A stretch of DNA of 64,000 nucleotides from the human T2T-CHM13v2.0 reference genome, Homo sapiens. Where the stretch lies: the NCBI RefSeq assembly GCF_009914755.1, contig NC_060925.1; one strand, 5' to 3'. The translations under genes were made by a program, and so were the position numbers. This document shows positions 17,055-29,556 of this stretch, in pieces. Under the pieces are notes generated by a model, which saw only the letters and a list, made by a program, of their open reading frames with translations, was not told the DNA's origin and searched no databases. Numbering within the stretch: the first letter of the stretch is position 1; each line of letters begins with the position of its first letter.

Positions 17055-17265
17055 TACTTGGACTTCAAACAGATCTGGGTTCAAATATCAGCTCTTGCAC
17101 TTATTAGCTGTGTGATTTGGGGAAAGTCACTTCTCCTCCAGCACCCGGTTCCTCACTTATAAAATAGGGCAAGTCATGGCTGCCTCATAGATTGGTGTGG
17201 GGATCAAAGAAACTGTATGTAAAGGGCCTGGCACTCATAACAGCTCAAAAAGTGGTGGCTGGTGA
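17055..17265 (+). mobile_element. MIR
   Basis: ctgggttcaaat...acttattagctgtgtgatttggggaaagtcactt. Confidence 0.8.
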
Positions 17266-18234
17266 CAGCGGCACTTGCTGCATCGGCTCTTGGTTTGTCA
17301 GTGGCCTCTTTGTTTTTGACCTGGGGCTTGGGGCAGCCAACTTGTCCCAGTGAGGTCCTTGGGTAACTCATTGTTCTTATGGCTCTTTGGGTTGGGTCTG
17401 GTAAACAATTCCAGAATTCCCTTTTTCCTTCTTAGAGGCAGAAGGAGTCCCTAGATAGGCAAGTCTCAGGGAAGCAGGCTCTGGAGTAGGGGATCATGCC
17501 TGAATTCCCTGTTTAGACTCATGGCTCTGCCATGTGGAGCTATGTGGCTTTGAGCAATCTCTTTATCTCTCTGGGTCTCAGAAACATGGATACCTTGGCC
17601 TGTAGGATGTCCTACAGCTTTGCAATGTTAGGATTCTATCCTTGGGTATCAGTCATGTACCCGGGTAAATGATCATTTTCTTCATAGCTAGAGGGAGGCC
17701 ATGCCCCTTCATTGCGTCTCTGAAGGCCCATCATGCCACAGATGGGCGATGCTCAGTGGCTGATGCTACCTAGCTCTGTCCAGTCCCACAAATCCAGATC
17801 AGTGTGAGCATTCCTGAGTCCCTGGCCCCCACTCTGTCTCCTTCAGGAAGCAGTGTTGTGGTGGTTCCCATGGTGGCTCGGGGGGATGTTAGATCCTCCC
17901 GCCCCCTCCCTGCCAATCTCCATCAGCCCTCACAGCCCCAGTTCCAATAAACATACAATCTAAGCAAATAATAATAATGTGCTTTTGGGAGGCAAGGGCA
18001 GGGTTAAGACAAAGCCTTCAGCTGCCCTTCAAACCTGAGTGCTGCTCCTAAACCTGTCCCCCATACGCATTAGGCAGCTTCCAAAGGGGCCAAACCTTGG
18101 ACCATCCCCTGGAGCCTCAGCCGCCTCCCTGGCCTAAGCCTTGGGGCCCTGGGTCTGCGCTGACCTGCCTGCATCAGCACCTTGGTTCTGATGTCACACA
18201 GAACCATGCATCTCTCCTATCTTCTCTTTGAACT

Positions 18235-18325
18235 GCTAAGAAATCAAGGCCAAAATGCAACTTGCCCAAGGTCACACGGCTAGTAAGTGCCATAGCCAGG
18301 CCTTAAACCTGGATTTTCTGACTCC
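18235..18325 (-). mobile_element. MIR fragment
   Basis: aacttgcccaaggtcacacggctagtaagtg. Confidence 0.8.
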
Positions 18326-18594
18326 ATGTACTTTTTTTTTTACTTCATCAGGCTGGTCAAGAGGGTCTCCCCTACCTATCATTTCCTGGCCCCACGAAAT
18401 TTTTGAGACGCAATCCAGCAGCCTGAGAGAAGTGAGAGGAGTTGAGCTCACTGCCAGGCACCTTGCCTGGGGCATTGGTGCCCACCTTTTTGCTCCAGAA
18501 GTGACTCTGAGGGGCTGGGTGGGAAGCAGGAGGCCATTAGGACCCAGAGGCTCTCGGAGCACTCTGCTTTGCCTGCTGCCTCTCACCGCTCACT

Positions 18595-18676
18595 GCAGTG
18601 CTTCAGGCTTCAGCAGCCTTGGAGAAGCATCAGCTGAGAGGAGCTATCACATGGGAGCCGGGACTGCTCAGCAAAG
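18595..18676 (+). other. GPR61: Probable non-coding exon 1 of GPR61 (start approximate)
   Basis: Donor CAAAG|GTAGGA at 18676/18677 in repeat-poor sequence; pairs with acceptor at 21144/21145. TSS is inferred from recollection of the gene model. Confidence 0.6.
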
Positions 18677-20814
18677 GTAGGAGTTGCCGACTAGGCCAGG
18701 AATGGGGGCCAGACCCAGAGCCTGGTGGTGAGTGCCAAGGTATCCCCACAGAAGGGTGGCTTTCCAAGGACCAGCCCTGCCTACATTCCGGTGAGCAGTT
18801 TGATCAGGAGATGGGCTCTCAGGTATCCCAAAGGCGGTATTGGGGTGTGGGCATCTCTGAAGCCCAGAGCTGGGGGGTTGATCATCTCCTGCCGGCAGGA
18901 GTACCCACATCCTGCAGACAAACAGCATTCTCCATCTGTCTTGCTCCATGTCATGGACATGGGTCTCCCACATTCTAGGAATGGGCCCTTCAGCATACAG
19001 GCTGATGGGCAACTGTGTCCTGGGCGTGGGCAACTCTGCTGAGGAGAGGTGTTGTAGCTCCCTGGAAATCTTCCCTAGCTTAGGAGGGGCACGCTCTTGT
19101 CTGAAGGAAGGCCAGGCTCAGGTCTTTGGGATGGAAGCTCTGGATCTGGAAAACAGGTGCATGTGAATCCCAATACCTCTGTGGCCTTGGGCTGGGCACT
19201 TATGCACATCTTGCATCCTGTAACTTGACCATGCCCCTGCTAGAGGCCCAGACCTCAGGCCCTAGTGGCAAAGCCTTCTAGGTACTGAAGGTCCTGGAGG
19301 TAAGAGGGGTGCTGTTGGAAGTAAGTAGTGGGGGAAGGAAAGCATCTGTTGGGGGAGTAGGCATAATGATATGACCTGGGAGAGGAGTGAGGCTCCCTGG
19401 GTTTCACCTATGAAACTGTTACACCACAGCCCTCCCCTCCATAACCCCAGTCCATTAGTGAGGGAGTGCCCATTAGCCAGATACACTGATCTGTCTGTTA
19501 AGAGGTAAATTGGAATCCTGGCATTTAGGAGTCACTGTGGAGACACTGGCAAGCTTGAGGGAGCTATGAAAAAGAGCAATGTCCAATGCCTTCTTGCTCA
19601 GGGCTCCATCATGGCTTCGTGGCATCCCTCCAGCTCCACGTGGAAACCAGGTCTGCTTCCCTCCGTCTGGGACTCTTGATGTCCATCCAGACATGGTGGG
19701 CCTCTCCTCCTTCAGCCACCAGGGAGGGACTCTGAACCACATCCTCTGGGCCTCACTCACAGACAGAAGGGATAGGTAAATCAGAGCATGGAGAGTAAGA
19801 AGGAAGGATGCTTCTCCTAGCATTTCTTTCAGGCATTTTTCCTGGTAGACTCTAATGAGAAGCTGATGTCTCACTTTTGTGCCCGCTCTTCAACTTCTCT
19901 GCAGACTCTAAGTCTCTGTGGGCATCTTAACTGTGAAATGAGCTTTCTGTGTCCCTAGAGAGAGGCACGTCTCTAGGCAGTTGCCCAAAGTTAGGGCTTC
20001 CTCAAGTCCAGGAACCCCGGCTACCCTTTCCACAAGAGAGTCCCTTGGCTGGCACACAGCTGGCTGACTGAGTGTTCTTGGAGTTTGTCCTAGGGGGCAG
20101 GGATTCAACTACCAATTTGAGTTTGATTCAATTCACAAAATTGTATTCAGCACCTATTGCATGCATAGCATGTTAGAAGTTGGATTGGTGTAAGGTTTAT
20201 GGAAACACCAAAAACCAAAGGTGACTGTAAGGCTATAACTGTGGAGGAGAGTGGGGCCCATCTTGCCATGTGATCCTCTTTATTGCAGCCATAGAAATGA
20301 TGGGTTTTTAAACTGAGCAACCTCAGTGTCTCCTCCCTACTTCTTGTTCTGTGACTGTAGTAAGTCTAGAACCAATGCGGCTCTTGGTCAGGGATCCTCC
20401 AAGGGTCAGCTCCAGAGATCAGAGATTTGGGGATCTGGGGAGCAGGAGGTTGGCAGCAGCTCCTTTCCCACAAGAGGGGCACAGTGGCCTTGAAGAGTTC
20501 ATGAGTGGGTGGAGAAGGGCAGCTTGAAGCAACTTCCGGCTTTGGGAGCAGTGGAGGCTGGATGAGCTGGCCTCCCAGTTTCCTTCCAGACGGGACATTT
20601 TGTTTTCACTGCTCCTACTCAACATTCCCAAAGTGGCAGCTCTTTGTGCTGGGAGTAGTGATGTCAAAAGAGCCTAAAGCACAGCTCCCCTTTTCAGATG
20701 ATAACCCTAGGGCAGCAAGAGACAGTTTTAGAGACAGCTGAAATTCAACAACTATTTACTGGATGCCTATTATAGTCCAGCCGGCACGGAGGGCACCTTC
20801 ACATATGGCATGGC

Positions 20815-21080
20815 ACAGTGGGCAAGAGTACTGGACCTGGGGCCAGACTGCCCAGGTAGGTGCCCAGCCCTTGCCGCTTACTAGCTGTGCGACCTTGGGT
20901 AAGTTACTTAACCTTTCTAGACCTCAGCTTCATCTCTTGCAAAATGGAGATAAAAATATTATCTACTTCATAGGGTTGTGTGAGGAATAAAATGAGTTAA
21001 TATAGGTAGAGTGCTGAGAACAGGGTCTGGCATGTGGAAAACGCCGTATCAATGCTACTGCTTGTCATTAGTATTATTAT
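20815..21080 (+). mobile_element. MIR, near full length
   Basis: ttactagctgtgcgaccttgggtaagttacttaacc...aaaatggagataa...catagggttgtgtgagga. Confidence 0.85.
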
Positions 21081-21099
21081 TAACAAATCACGCAGGATC

Positions 21100-21240
21100 C
21101 AGAAACACAGTTGTGAAGCAAGTGTTCTTCCTTTCATTTTACAGATGGATTTATGAGGAAACTGAAATTCAGAAGATTCACAGAGTTAGTAATGCCCAGA
21201 ACTGGGACTAGAAACTAAATTTTGTGCTCCTTCTACTCCC
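21100..21240 (-). mobile_element. Antisense MIR fragment containing the GPR61 acceptor
   Basis: ttcattttacagatg...gaggaaactga...agttagtaatgcccagaactgggactagaa resembles reverse MIR cattttacagatgaggaaactgag. Confidence 0.65.
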
Positions 21241-21745
21241 CAGCAGCTCTTGCCATTCTGAGGAGACAAGAAATCAGGAAATTTACATAAGGAACCCTAA
21301 AACTGAGGCACTATCCCAGAGATCAGCAGGACCCTGGGAAGGAGAAACAGGATTTAGAATCCCCGGCTAACAGTTCTGGAAAGGGTAGAAGGGTATGGAG
21401 AACAAGAATGGCAGAAAGGAGATGGAAAAGGAAGAGGTGAAGGCCATTCCGAAAGCGGAGTGTTGAGTGGGTCAGGCTCCTGCACCTCTCACGTCTCCTG
21501 CTTCTTAGCAGTCACCAAGGCAGACCCTGCAGCTACCTCCGGCCAGAAAGGGGATGAGCTTCTGATCCTTCAGCTGCCTGGCCTGGCGCTCTGTACGCAG
21601 ACAAACCTGCCCAAGAGGCTCCAGTGGGAGGTGCCCCCTACGAAACCAGGAAGCCTGGGCCTGGGCTCGCCATCCCAGGGTCGCTGGACTAGGATGGGGG
21701 ATGGGCCTGTGACAGGAGGTACCCTGGGTGCCCTCTTTCGGCCCC
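21145..21745 (+). other. GPR61: 5'UTR part of the GPR61 coding exon
   Basis: Acceptor ttcttcctttcattttacag|ATGG at 21144/21145; contains 9 upstream ATGs. Confidence 0.6.
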
Positions 21746-23101
21746 ATGGAGTCCTCACCCATCCCCCAGTCATCAGGGAACTCTTCCACTTTGGGGAGGG
21801 TCCCTCAAACCCCAGGTCCCTCTACTGCCAGTGGGGTCCCGGAGGTGGGGCTACGGGATGTTGCTTCGGAATCTGTGGCCCTCTTCTTCATGCTCCTGCT
21901 GGACTTGACTGCTGTGGCTGGCAATGCCGCTGTGATGGCCGTGATCGCCAAGACGCCTGCCCTCCGAAAATTTGTCTTCGTCTTCCACCTCTGCCTGGTG
22001 GACCTGCTGGCTGCCCTGACCCTCATGCCCCTGGCCATGCTCTCCAGCTCTGCCCTCTTTGACCACGCCCTCTTTGGGGAGGTGGCCTGCCGCCTCTACT
22101 TGTTTCTGAGCGTGTGCTTTGTCAGCCTGGCCATCCTCTCGGTGTCAGCCATCAATGTGGAGCGCTACTATTACGTAGTCCACCCCATGCGCTACGAGGT
22201 GCGCATGACGCTGGGGCTGGTGGCCTCTGTGCTGGTGGGTGTGTGGGTGAAGGCCTTGGCCATGGCTTCTGTGCCAGTGTTGGGAAGGGTCTCCTGGGAG
22301 GAAGGAGCTCCCAGTGTCCCCCCAGGCTGTTCACTCCAGTGGAGCCACAGTGCCTACTGCCAGCTTTTTGTGGTGGTCTTTGCTGTCCTTTACTTTCTGT
22401 TGCCCCTGCTCCTCATACTTGTGGTCTACTGCAGCATGTTCCGAGTGGCCCGCGTGGCTGCCATGCAGCACGGGCCGCTGCCCACGTGGATGGAGACACC
22501 CCGGCAACGCTCCGAATCTCTCAGCAGCCGCTCCACGATGGTCACCAGCTCGGGGGCCCCCCAGACCACCCCACACCGGACGTTTGGGGGAGGGAAAGCA
22601 GCAGTGGTTCTCCTGGCTGTGGGGGGACAGTTCCTGCTCTGTTGGTTGCCCTACTTCTCTTTCCACCTCTATGTTGCCCTGAGTGCTCAGCCCATTTCAA
22701 CTGGGCAGGTGGAGAGTGTGGTCACCTGGATTGGCTACTTTTGCTTCACTTCCAACCCTTTCTTCTATGGATGTCTCAACCGGCAGATCCGGGGGGAGCT
22801 CAGCAAGCAGTTTGTCTGCTTCTTCAAGCCAGCTCCAGAGGAGGAGCTGAGGCTGCCTAGCCGGGAGGGCTCCATTGAGGAGAACTTCCTGCAGTTCCTT
22901 CAGGGGACTGGCTGTCCTTCTGAGTCCTGGGTTTCCCGACCCCTACCCAGCCCCAAGCAGGAGCCACCTGCTGTTGACTTTCGAATCCCAGGCCAGATAG
23001 CTGAGGAGACCTCTGAGTTCCTGGAGCAGCAACTCACCAGCGACATCATCATGTCAGACAGCTACCTCCGTCCTGCCGCCTCACCCCGGCTGGAGTCATG
23101 A
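21746..23101 (+). CDS. GPR61: G protein-coupled receptor 61 (orphan class A GPCR), 451 aa, single coding exon
   Basis: First ATG of ORF 21728..23101 is at 21746 (MESSPIPQSSGNSST...). Seven hydrophobic segments with class A motifs: GN in TM1, ERY at the DRY position, CWLPY in TM6, NPFFY in TM7, N-glycosylation sequon at N12. Protein recognised as GPR61. Confidence 0.97.
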   Translation: MESSPIPQSSGNSSTLGRVPQTPGPSTASGVPEVGLRDVASESVALFFMLLLDLTAVAGNAAVMAVIAKTPALRKFVFVFHLCLVDLLAALTLMPLAMLSSSALFDHALFGEVACRLYLFLSVCFVSLAILSVSAINVERYYYVVHPMRYEVRMTLGLVASVLVGVWVKALAMASVPVLGRVSWEEGAPSVPPGCSLQWSHSAYCQLFVVVFAVLYFLLPLLLILVVYCSMFRVARVAAMQHGPLPTWMETPRQRSESLSSRSTMVTSSGAPQTTPHRTFGGGKAAVVLLAVGGQFLLCWLPYFSFHLYVALSAQPISTGQVESVVTWIGYFCFTSNPFFYGCLNRQIRGELSKQFVCFFKPAPEEELRLPSREGSIEENFLQFLQGTGCPSESWVSRPLPSPKQEPPAVDFRIPGQIAEETSEFLEQQLTSDIIMSDSYLRPAASPRLES

Positions 23102-24531
23102 TGGGCCGCTGGACACTCGGAGGGATATGGGGCTGGGGCCAGTTATGATTGCAAGGACCACCTTGTGGGATCACCTTTTCCCAGCTGGCTAGGGCTGAGG
23201 CTGGGGTCTCTGCACACAGCTTTTGCTTAGTGTTTCCTGGGTCAGGAACAGAGCCAACAGGATGAACGTGTGCAAAAGCCTTGGACTTGGCTGTGATCTT
23301 TGACTGCTAGGGGAGGGAACCTGGGTATGGTGAGACGGTGACGAGAGAAAAGGGTCACAAAGGTGAGGTGAAACCTCTCAATTGGTGAAATTTCCATGCT
23401 TCCAGAAGCAGGGAATTCTCTAAGGGTAGGAGTTGGAGGATACAGGGCAGCAGGCCAGGTTTGGAGTTATTCTAGGGGCCATTTAGGATATTTTATTTTT
23501 CAGTGTAATTGTCCAGGGCAGTAATTGCACCCAAGCAAGGTAAGAAAATGACCCATGTTTTCTCATTTCCTTGCTAGGTTTAAAAAGAACTAAATTATAG
23601 CCAAGTGTTTCCACTTGAGTTAATAGATCATTTTTCTGGTTTTATACCTGAGATTTCCTTAAAATGAGAGGACCAGTAGGGTGTATTCCTTTACTGAGTT
23701 TGGCCAGAAACAAGGCAAAATAGAAATTAGGGTACATGGAGTAGAAGATAGGAAAGCTGACTGCAGCTCTCTCTCTCCCACCCTTCAGGAAAAGCCCTTC
23801 TGTTCTATTTTTCTGTCTCTCTCCTGCACACAGGAGATCAAGGGTAGAGCCTGATCTTAGCAGAGACAAGAATAAGGCAGGATGGCTTTCCTCTCTTTTA
23901 GGAGGAAGAATTAGAATGACTGGGGGTCAGACGGGCGAGGGTGGAGGTTAGCATTTGAATTGGTAAAGTAGCTGGAAACAGAGAGGCCAGGTAATCAGCC
24001 TGATCAATAATACTGCGAATCTTTTCTTTCCAGGACTGGCCTCCCTGATCTCTCTCCTCATGGCAGCGACCCACCTCCAGTCCCCTGGACAATCGGGTAC
24101 AAGAGACTTAAGGTTGGGCATGGGAAGGGTGGGGTTTCCATGATCCATTAAATGCCTTCCTACTCCCATTCATCGCTCTCAAAATTAGCTTCAGTGACAA
24201 AGACTTAAATCTCTCTCCTATCTGCAGCACTGGGTTGGAGAGAGGGCACGGGAGTTGGTCTTGGCTGTTCATTGATTGAGACTGTAGGAACTGTGTTGGT
24301 TGGTATTGGTGGTGGTATTTTCAACAAACAGGGAATAACTGCAAACTGGACAGGACACCCATCTGGGACCACCTGTCCATCCTACTTCCCTCAATTGAAT
24401 CAGGTAACACTAACGGATCAAGGCAGGGCCAGAGGGTGGTGTGGTCTCTATTTGAACAAATTCCTGGCTCACTGAGCATCAAAAGGGGAAATGGGCTGGT
24501 GGGAGTGGGATAGTCTCCCATTTAAGCAGCT

Positions 24532-24537
24532 AATAAA
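24532..24537 (+). terminator. Probable GPR61 polyadenylation signal
   Basis: AATAAA about 1.4 kb after the stop, followed by T-rich sequence; a second AATAAA is at 25071. Confidence 0.5.
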
Positions 24538-25159
24538 TAATTTTTATGATAAAAGGTTATACTGATAACAACATTGACTCCTTTAGTTCAATTCAGTGCA
24601 TAATAGTTGAACACCCACTAGTCCCTGGGACCCACACAGGGCGTGTGGTCATTGCTTTTAAGGAGTTCATAGTCTAAGTTGATGAGATACCTTATATTTT
24701 CACAAAGCACTTTGATTTGATAAAGCACTACAGAATGTGCTTGAGAAATATATTGGAGAATATGTCCATGGCTCTAACTTCTGAGAGTTCAGCCCGTGGC
24801 AGCAAGATGCATACCTTGAAGCTTCCTGCAGATTGTGGAAAGCATAGGGGTTGTAAATGAAACTCTCTAATGAAGAAAAAAAATTAAATGAAACTGGGCA
24901 AACAGCTTTCCCCCTTTGTTCTAGGAAAATTTCTAGGTTGTCTTCCTACCACTAGATTATTATACCAGTCTAGTGCCTATTACATTGTGGAAGTTCCCTA
25001 AAAACATAGTATATATAGGGAGGAGAGTCCTTTGTGATTGAAAAACATGTTCACCTCTCCTCCCTATTAAAATAAATGCATACAGAGGAATCAATCATTC
25101 CTAGACAGGGAAAAAACTCTTCTTTCAAACACCACTGATCAGCTATTAGATCCAAGGAA

Positions 25160-25178
25160 TTGCCAGCAGGTGGCAGTG
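25160..25178 (+). promoter_or_regulatory. CTCF motif
   Basis: TTGCCAGCAGGTGGCAGTG fits the CTCF core CCASYAGRKGGCRS at every position. Confidence 0.65.
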
Positions 25179-25759
25179 TGAGCCCAATGGAAGGAGGAAA
25201 GGCGAGTGTACGTGGTGGGAGGAGGAAGGGGAGGGCATTAAACATTGCCTGGCAGCCATTTTGTTAATTTATTTTGCCTTTTCCTTTGACTTTGCCCTCC
25301 AGCCCTTCCTTCACATACATCAAAGAAGAAAGTTTTAAGAGCAAGGGTATCTTTAATTCAGGCTGAAATTTCCTGACACTGTGATCTCACTGGTGTTTAT
25401 TACAGAGTTTGACATACATGGGTTCATTTGCCATTTATTTTTCCCTGTAGGAGTGGATCATGAAGGAAATAAAAATTTCTCTTTTATTATGCTGAGAACT
25501 TTCCCAACAATTTCTGCTATGACCACCTTCCAGGAGTTTTCTAGTCACCAGATGCCTTGGTAAAGTTCAATACGTAATCTTTGGCTCTGAAAGCTGTTCC
25601 TGGACAAAATCTGAGCTAACTCACTGAAGAATCAACAGATTGAGGCAACCATCCGGTCAGTTACTTTTTCCTGCATCCTGCTGGTGTTGGGGTAACTCCC
25701 AATCCTAGATGAAAACCTTAGACTTTCTGTTGTCAGGTGTCCCCAGGCAATATCCTACG

Positions 25760-25970
25760 GGGGCATGATAGAAAAGGGTAACTCTGGGGTCAGATAGATG
25801 TACTTACTCACTGTGTGAAGTTGGGAAAGCTGCTTAATTTCTCTGAGCCTACTTCCTCACCTGTAAAAATGGGGATCATTATTACCTACCTCACAGGGTT
25901 GTTGTGAGGATTAAGAGATGGGATGTGGGAGCACCTAGCCGTATCTGGCAAATAGGTACTCAATAAATAC
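25760..25970 (+). mobile_element. MIR
   Basis: ctctgagcctacttcctcacctgtaaaaatggggat...cctcacagggttgttgtgaggattaa. Confidence 0.85.
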
Positions 25971-26799
25971 TGGTTTTACTTCCCTTTCCTCTTGCCCTTT
26001 TTCCCCAAAAGTATTGATAATGGAAAAGCAGTCCCTTTCATTCTTAACAGTCATTTGGGAATGACTGGGGGACTTTTCAAACCTTGAAGAATTGGCATTG
26101 CTAAGAGTTAAGGTGGACGAGGCTTTTTAAGGTGGCTCTAATCCTCTAATTAAATCCTTCTAATTAATGAATCATCACTATATAAACCTCTCTGTTGGGA
26201 CCTTACTTTCTCAAGTTCAGATTCTATTAGAGAAATAAATTTACAATCACAGGGAAAGGTTTTAGGGACTGAGTTCCCTTCGCTAGAACGTATAGTAATT
26301 GTGGGCTTATTTGCCTGAAAAGTTGATTTAGGACTACCTTCACGCAGTATCCAGGGTTATTAGTGAAAGATGCTATCTGCCTGGGACTTTCACAGTGGAC
26401 TTAAGTTTCAGGTGATACTAGGGCTGAGAGGCAAATTTTACTAGAACCTCTCCTTTTGCATGTTATCGCAACAGGAAATTTTAGTAGGAGATTCACAGGA
26501 TGCACTGGTTTGTTTCGGGGTGTGGAATTGAAGTTGACTTATCTTGGTTTTAGTTCTAAGACCCTAAGGTAGGAAGATCTGAATTATACTGGAGAGAAGG
26601 GCAGCATGGAAATTTTATGGAGGAACTACAGGCTTACCTTTCAGGTTATCGAGTATCTGCTAGCGATTTCAAGTGGCCTTTTGCCAATATAGGAGTTAAG
26701 CAAATCTCAAGCCCACAGAAATACGTGAATAGCAAAAGGACCAGGGGACATTTTGAGAGGAGTCAGTGGGCCAGAGACGGCAAAAAGTTATTGCTGAGG

Positions 26800-27850
<1,051 letters not shown>

Positions 27851-29200
27851 ATATGGGAAAAGCTCATAAAGGAAGAGTTGATACTAGGAAGGTTTTACGT
27901 TGGGTTGGAGCGTGTTGGTAACGAGAACGGCATAGAGTATATGTTGGGCTTGTATAATGGTTTGTGAGTTTGGAGCGTCGTGGTTCTTTGGCAGGATAAA
28001 GCTAGCAGGCTTGAATGGATGGTACAGAGACTGGAACAGAATGGTCACATAAGGACGTTGACATTTGTTAGTAAGAGAGCCATTTGAACTGTTGGAAGAA
28101 CCCTGGATTATCCAGGAACATGAAGATAGGTAGGTGAGATAAATGACAAGTTATCAGGTATAAAGGAAAAGAGCTTGGGTGCAGAGGCCATCTCTACTTT
28201 TCCACCGTTTCCTATCATTTTTATTTTCAAAGTTTTATAACGTCTTCTTCTGTTTTTACAAAAGGATGGGAAATGGTGTGAGCTGAAGAAATTTAAAGAA
28301 TGATTTCTTTGAGGTTTGTAGCAGAAGATCTAGTGAACAAGAGATTACACATTGGAGGATGCTGAATAGTTGCTATAGATGATGTGTAGTTGGAATAGTT
28401 ACCTTAGGATAAGTTACAGAGTTGGACATATTCACTGTAAAGACTATGGTAGACTTCTGGTGGCTGTTTTATCCTTTTTGGCCTCTTCAAAGCAAAACCA
28501 TTGACTTCAGGAATTACTGTTTATGTTATTTGATAGTCGTTTTAATTGGCTTTTTTTAAACACAGTCGGATGTATTTTACTCAACATGAGTTTCAAAATT
28601 TTTGAGAGGCTCAGTAAATCATACAAAGAATACTGGCATTAGCTTACTAATAAATCAAGCCACATTTCTTCATTATTAGTGAAGATTTTCTAGGGTAGTA
28701 TTTCCATTATTTTCCAATATTTTCTAGGGTAGTATTTCCATTAGAGAAGAATAAGTAGGAGTAGGGGTTTCTACAGAAACCCTTACAAGCAATAGAAATT
28801 TACTTTTTAAAACAATTGATTTTTGAGGAAAAGGAGTCACTTTAGGGGAAATGCTAAATTTTCATGGTATAAAGCTCCAGAGAACAGAATGTACACTGTA
28901 ACCCAAGACTTATTTTGTACATTCTAAGTGCCCCTGTTAGTCTCTTCGTGTGAACATATTTGGTTGGTTGTAGATTGCAGAAGCTCTGGTAATAGCTTTT
29001 TTGAATATACTATAAAGGGAAAGTTATGTATTGGAGCTTAAGGTTCCGGTTTGTATACCTGAACTTTCAGAAGATGCGAGTTCAAATTGTAGTTCTAGAC
29101 TGCGACTGTCTGTATAACAGGTGGATATGCATGGTCCCTGGTACCTAGTAGGTGCTCCTTAAATATTTACTGTTAACCAGCCTGAGCCAGCAAATGTTGA

Positions 29201-29556
<356 letters not shown>

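Noticed and set aside
21728-21745. 457-aa GPR61 start at GTG in the ORF track
   Set aside because: Non-ATG start; the first in-frame ATG at 21746 gives the recognised 451-aa protein.
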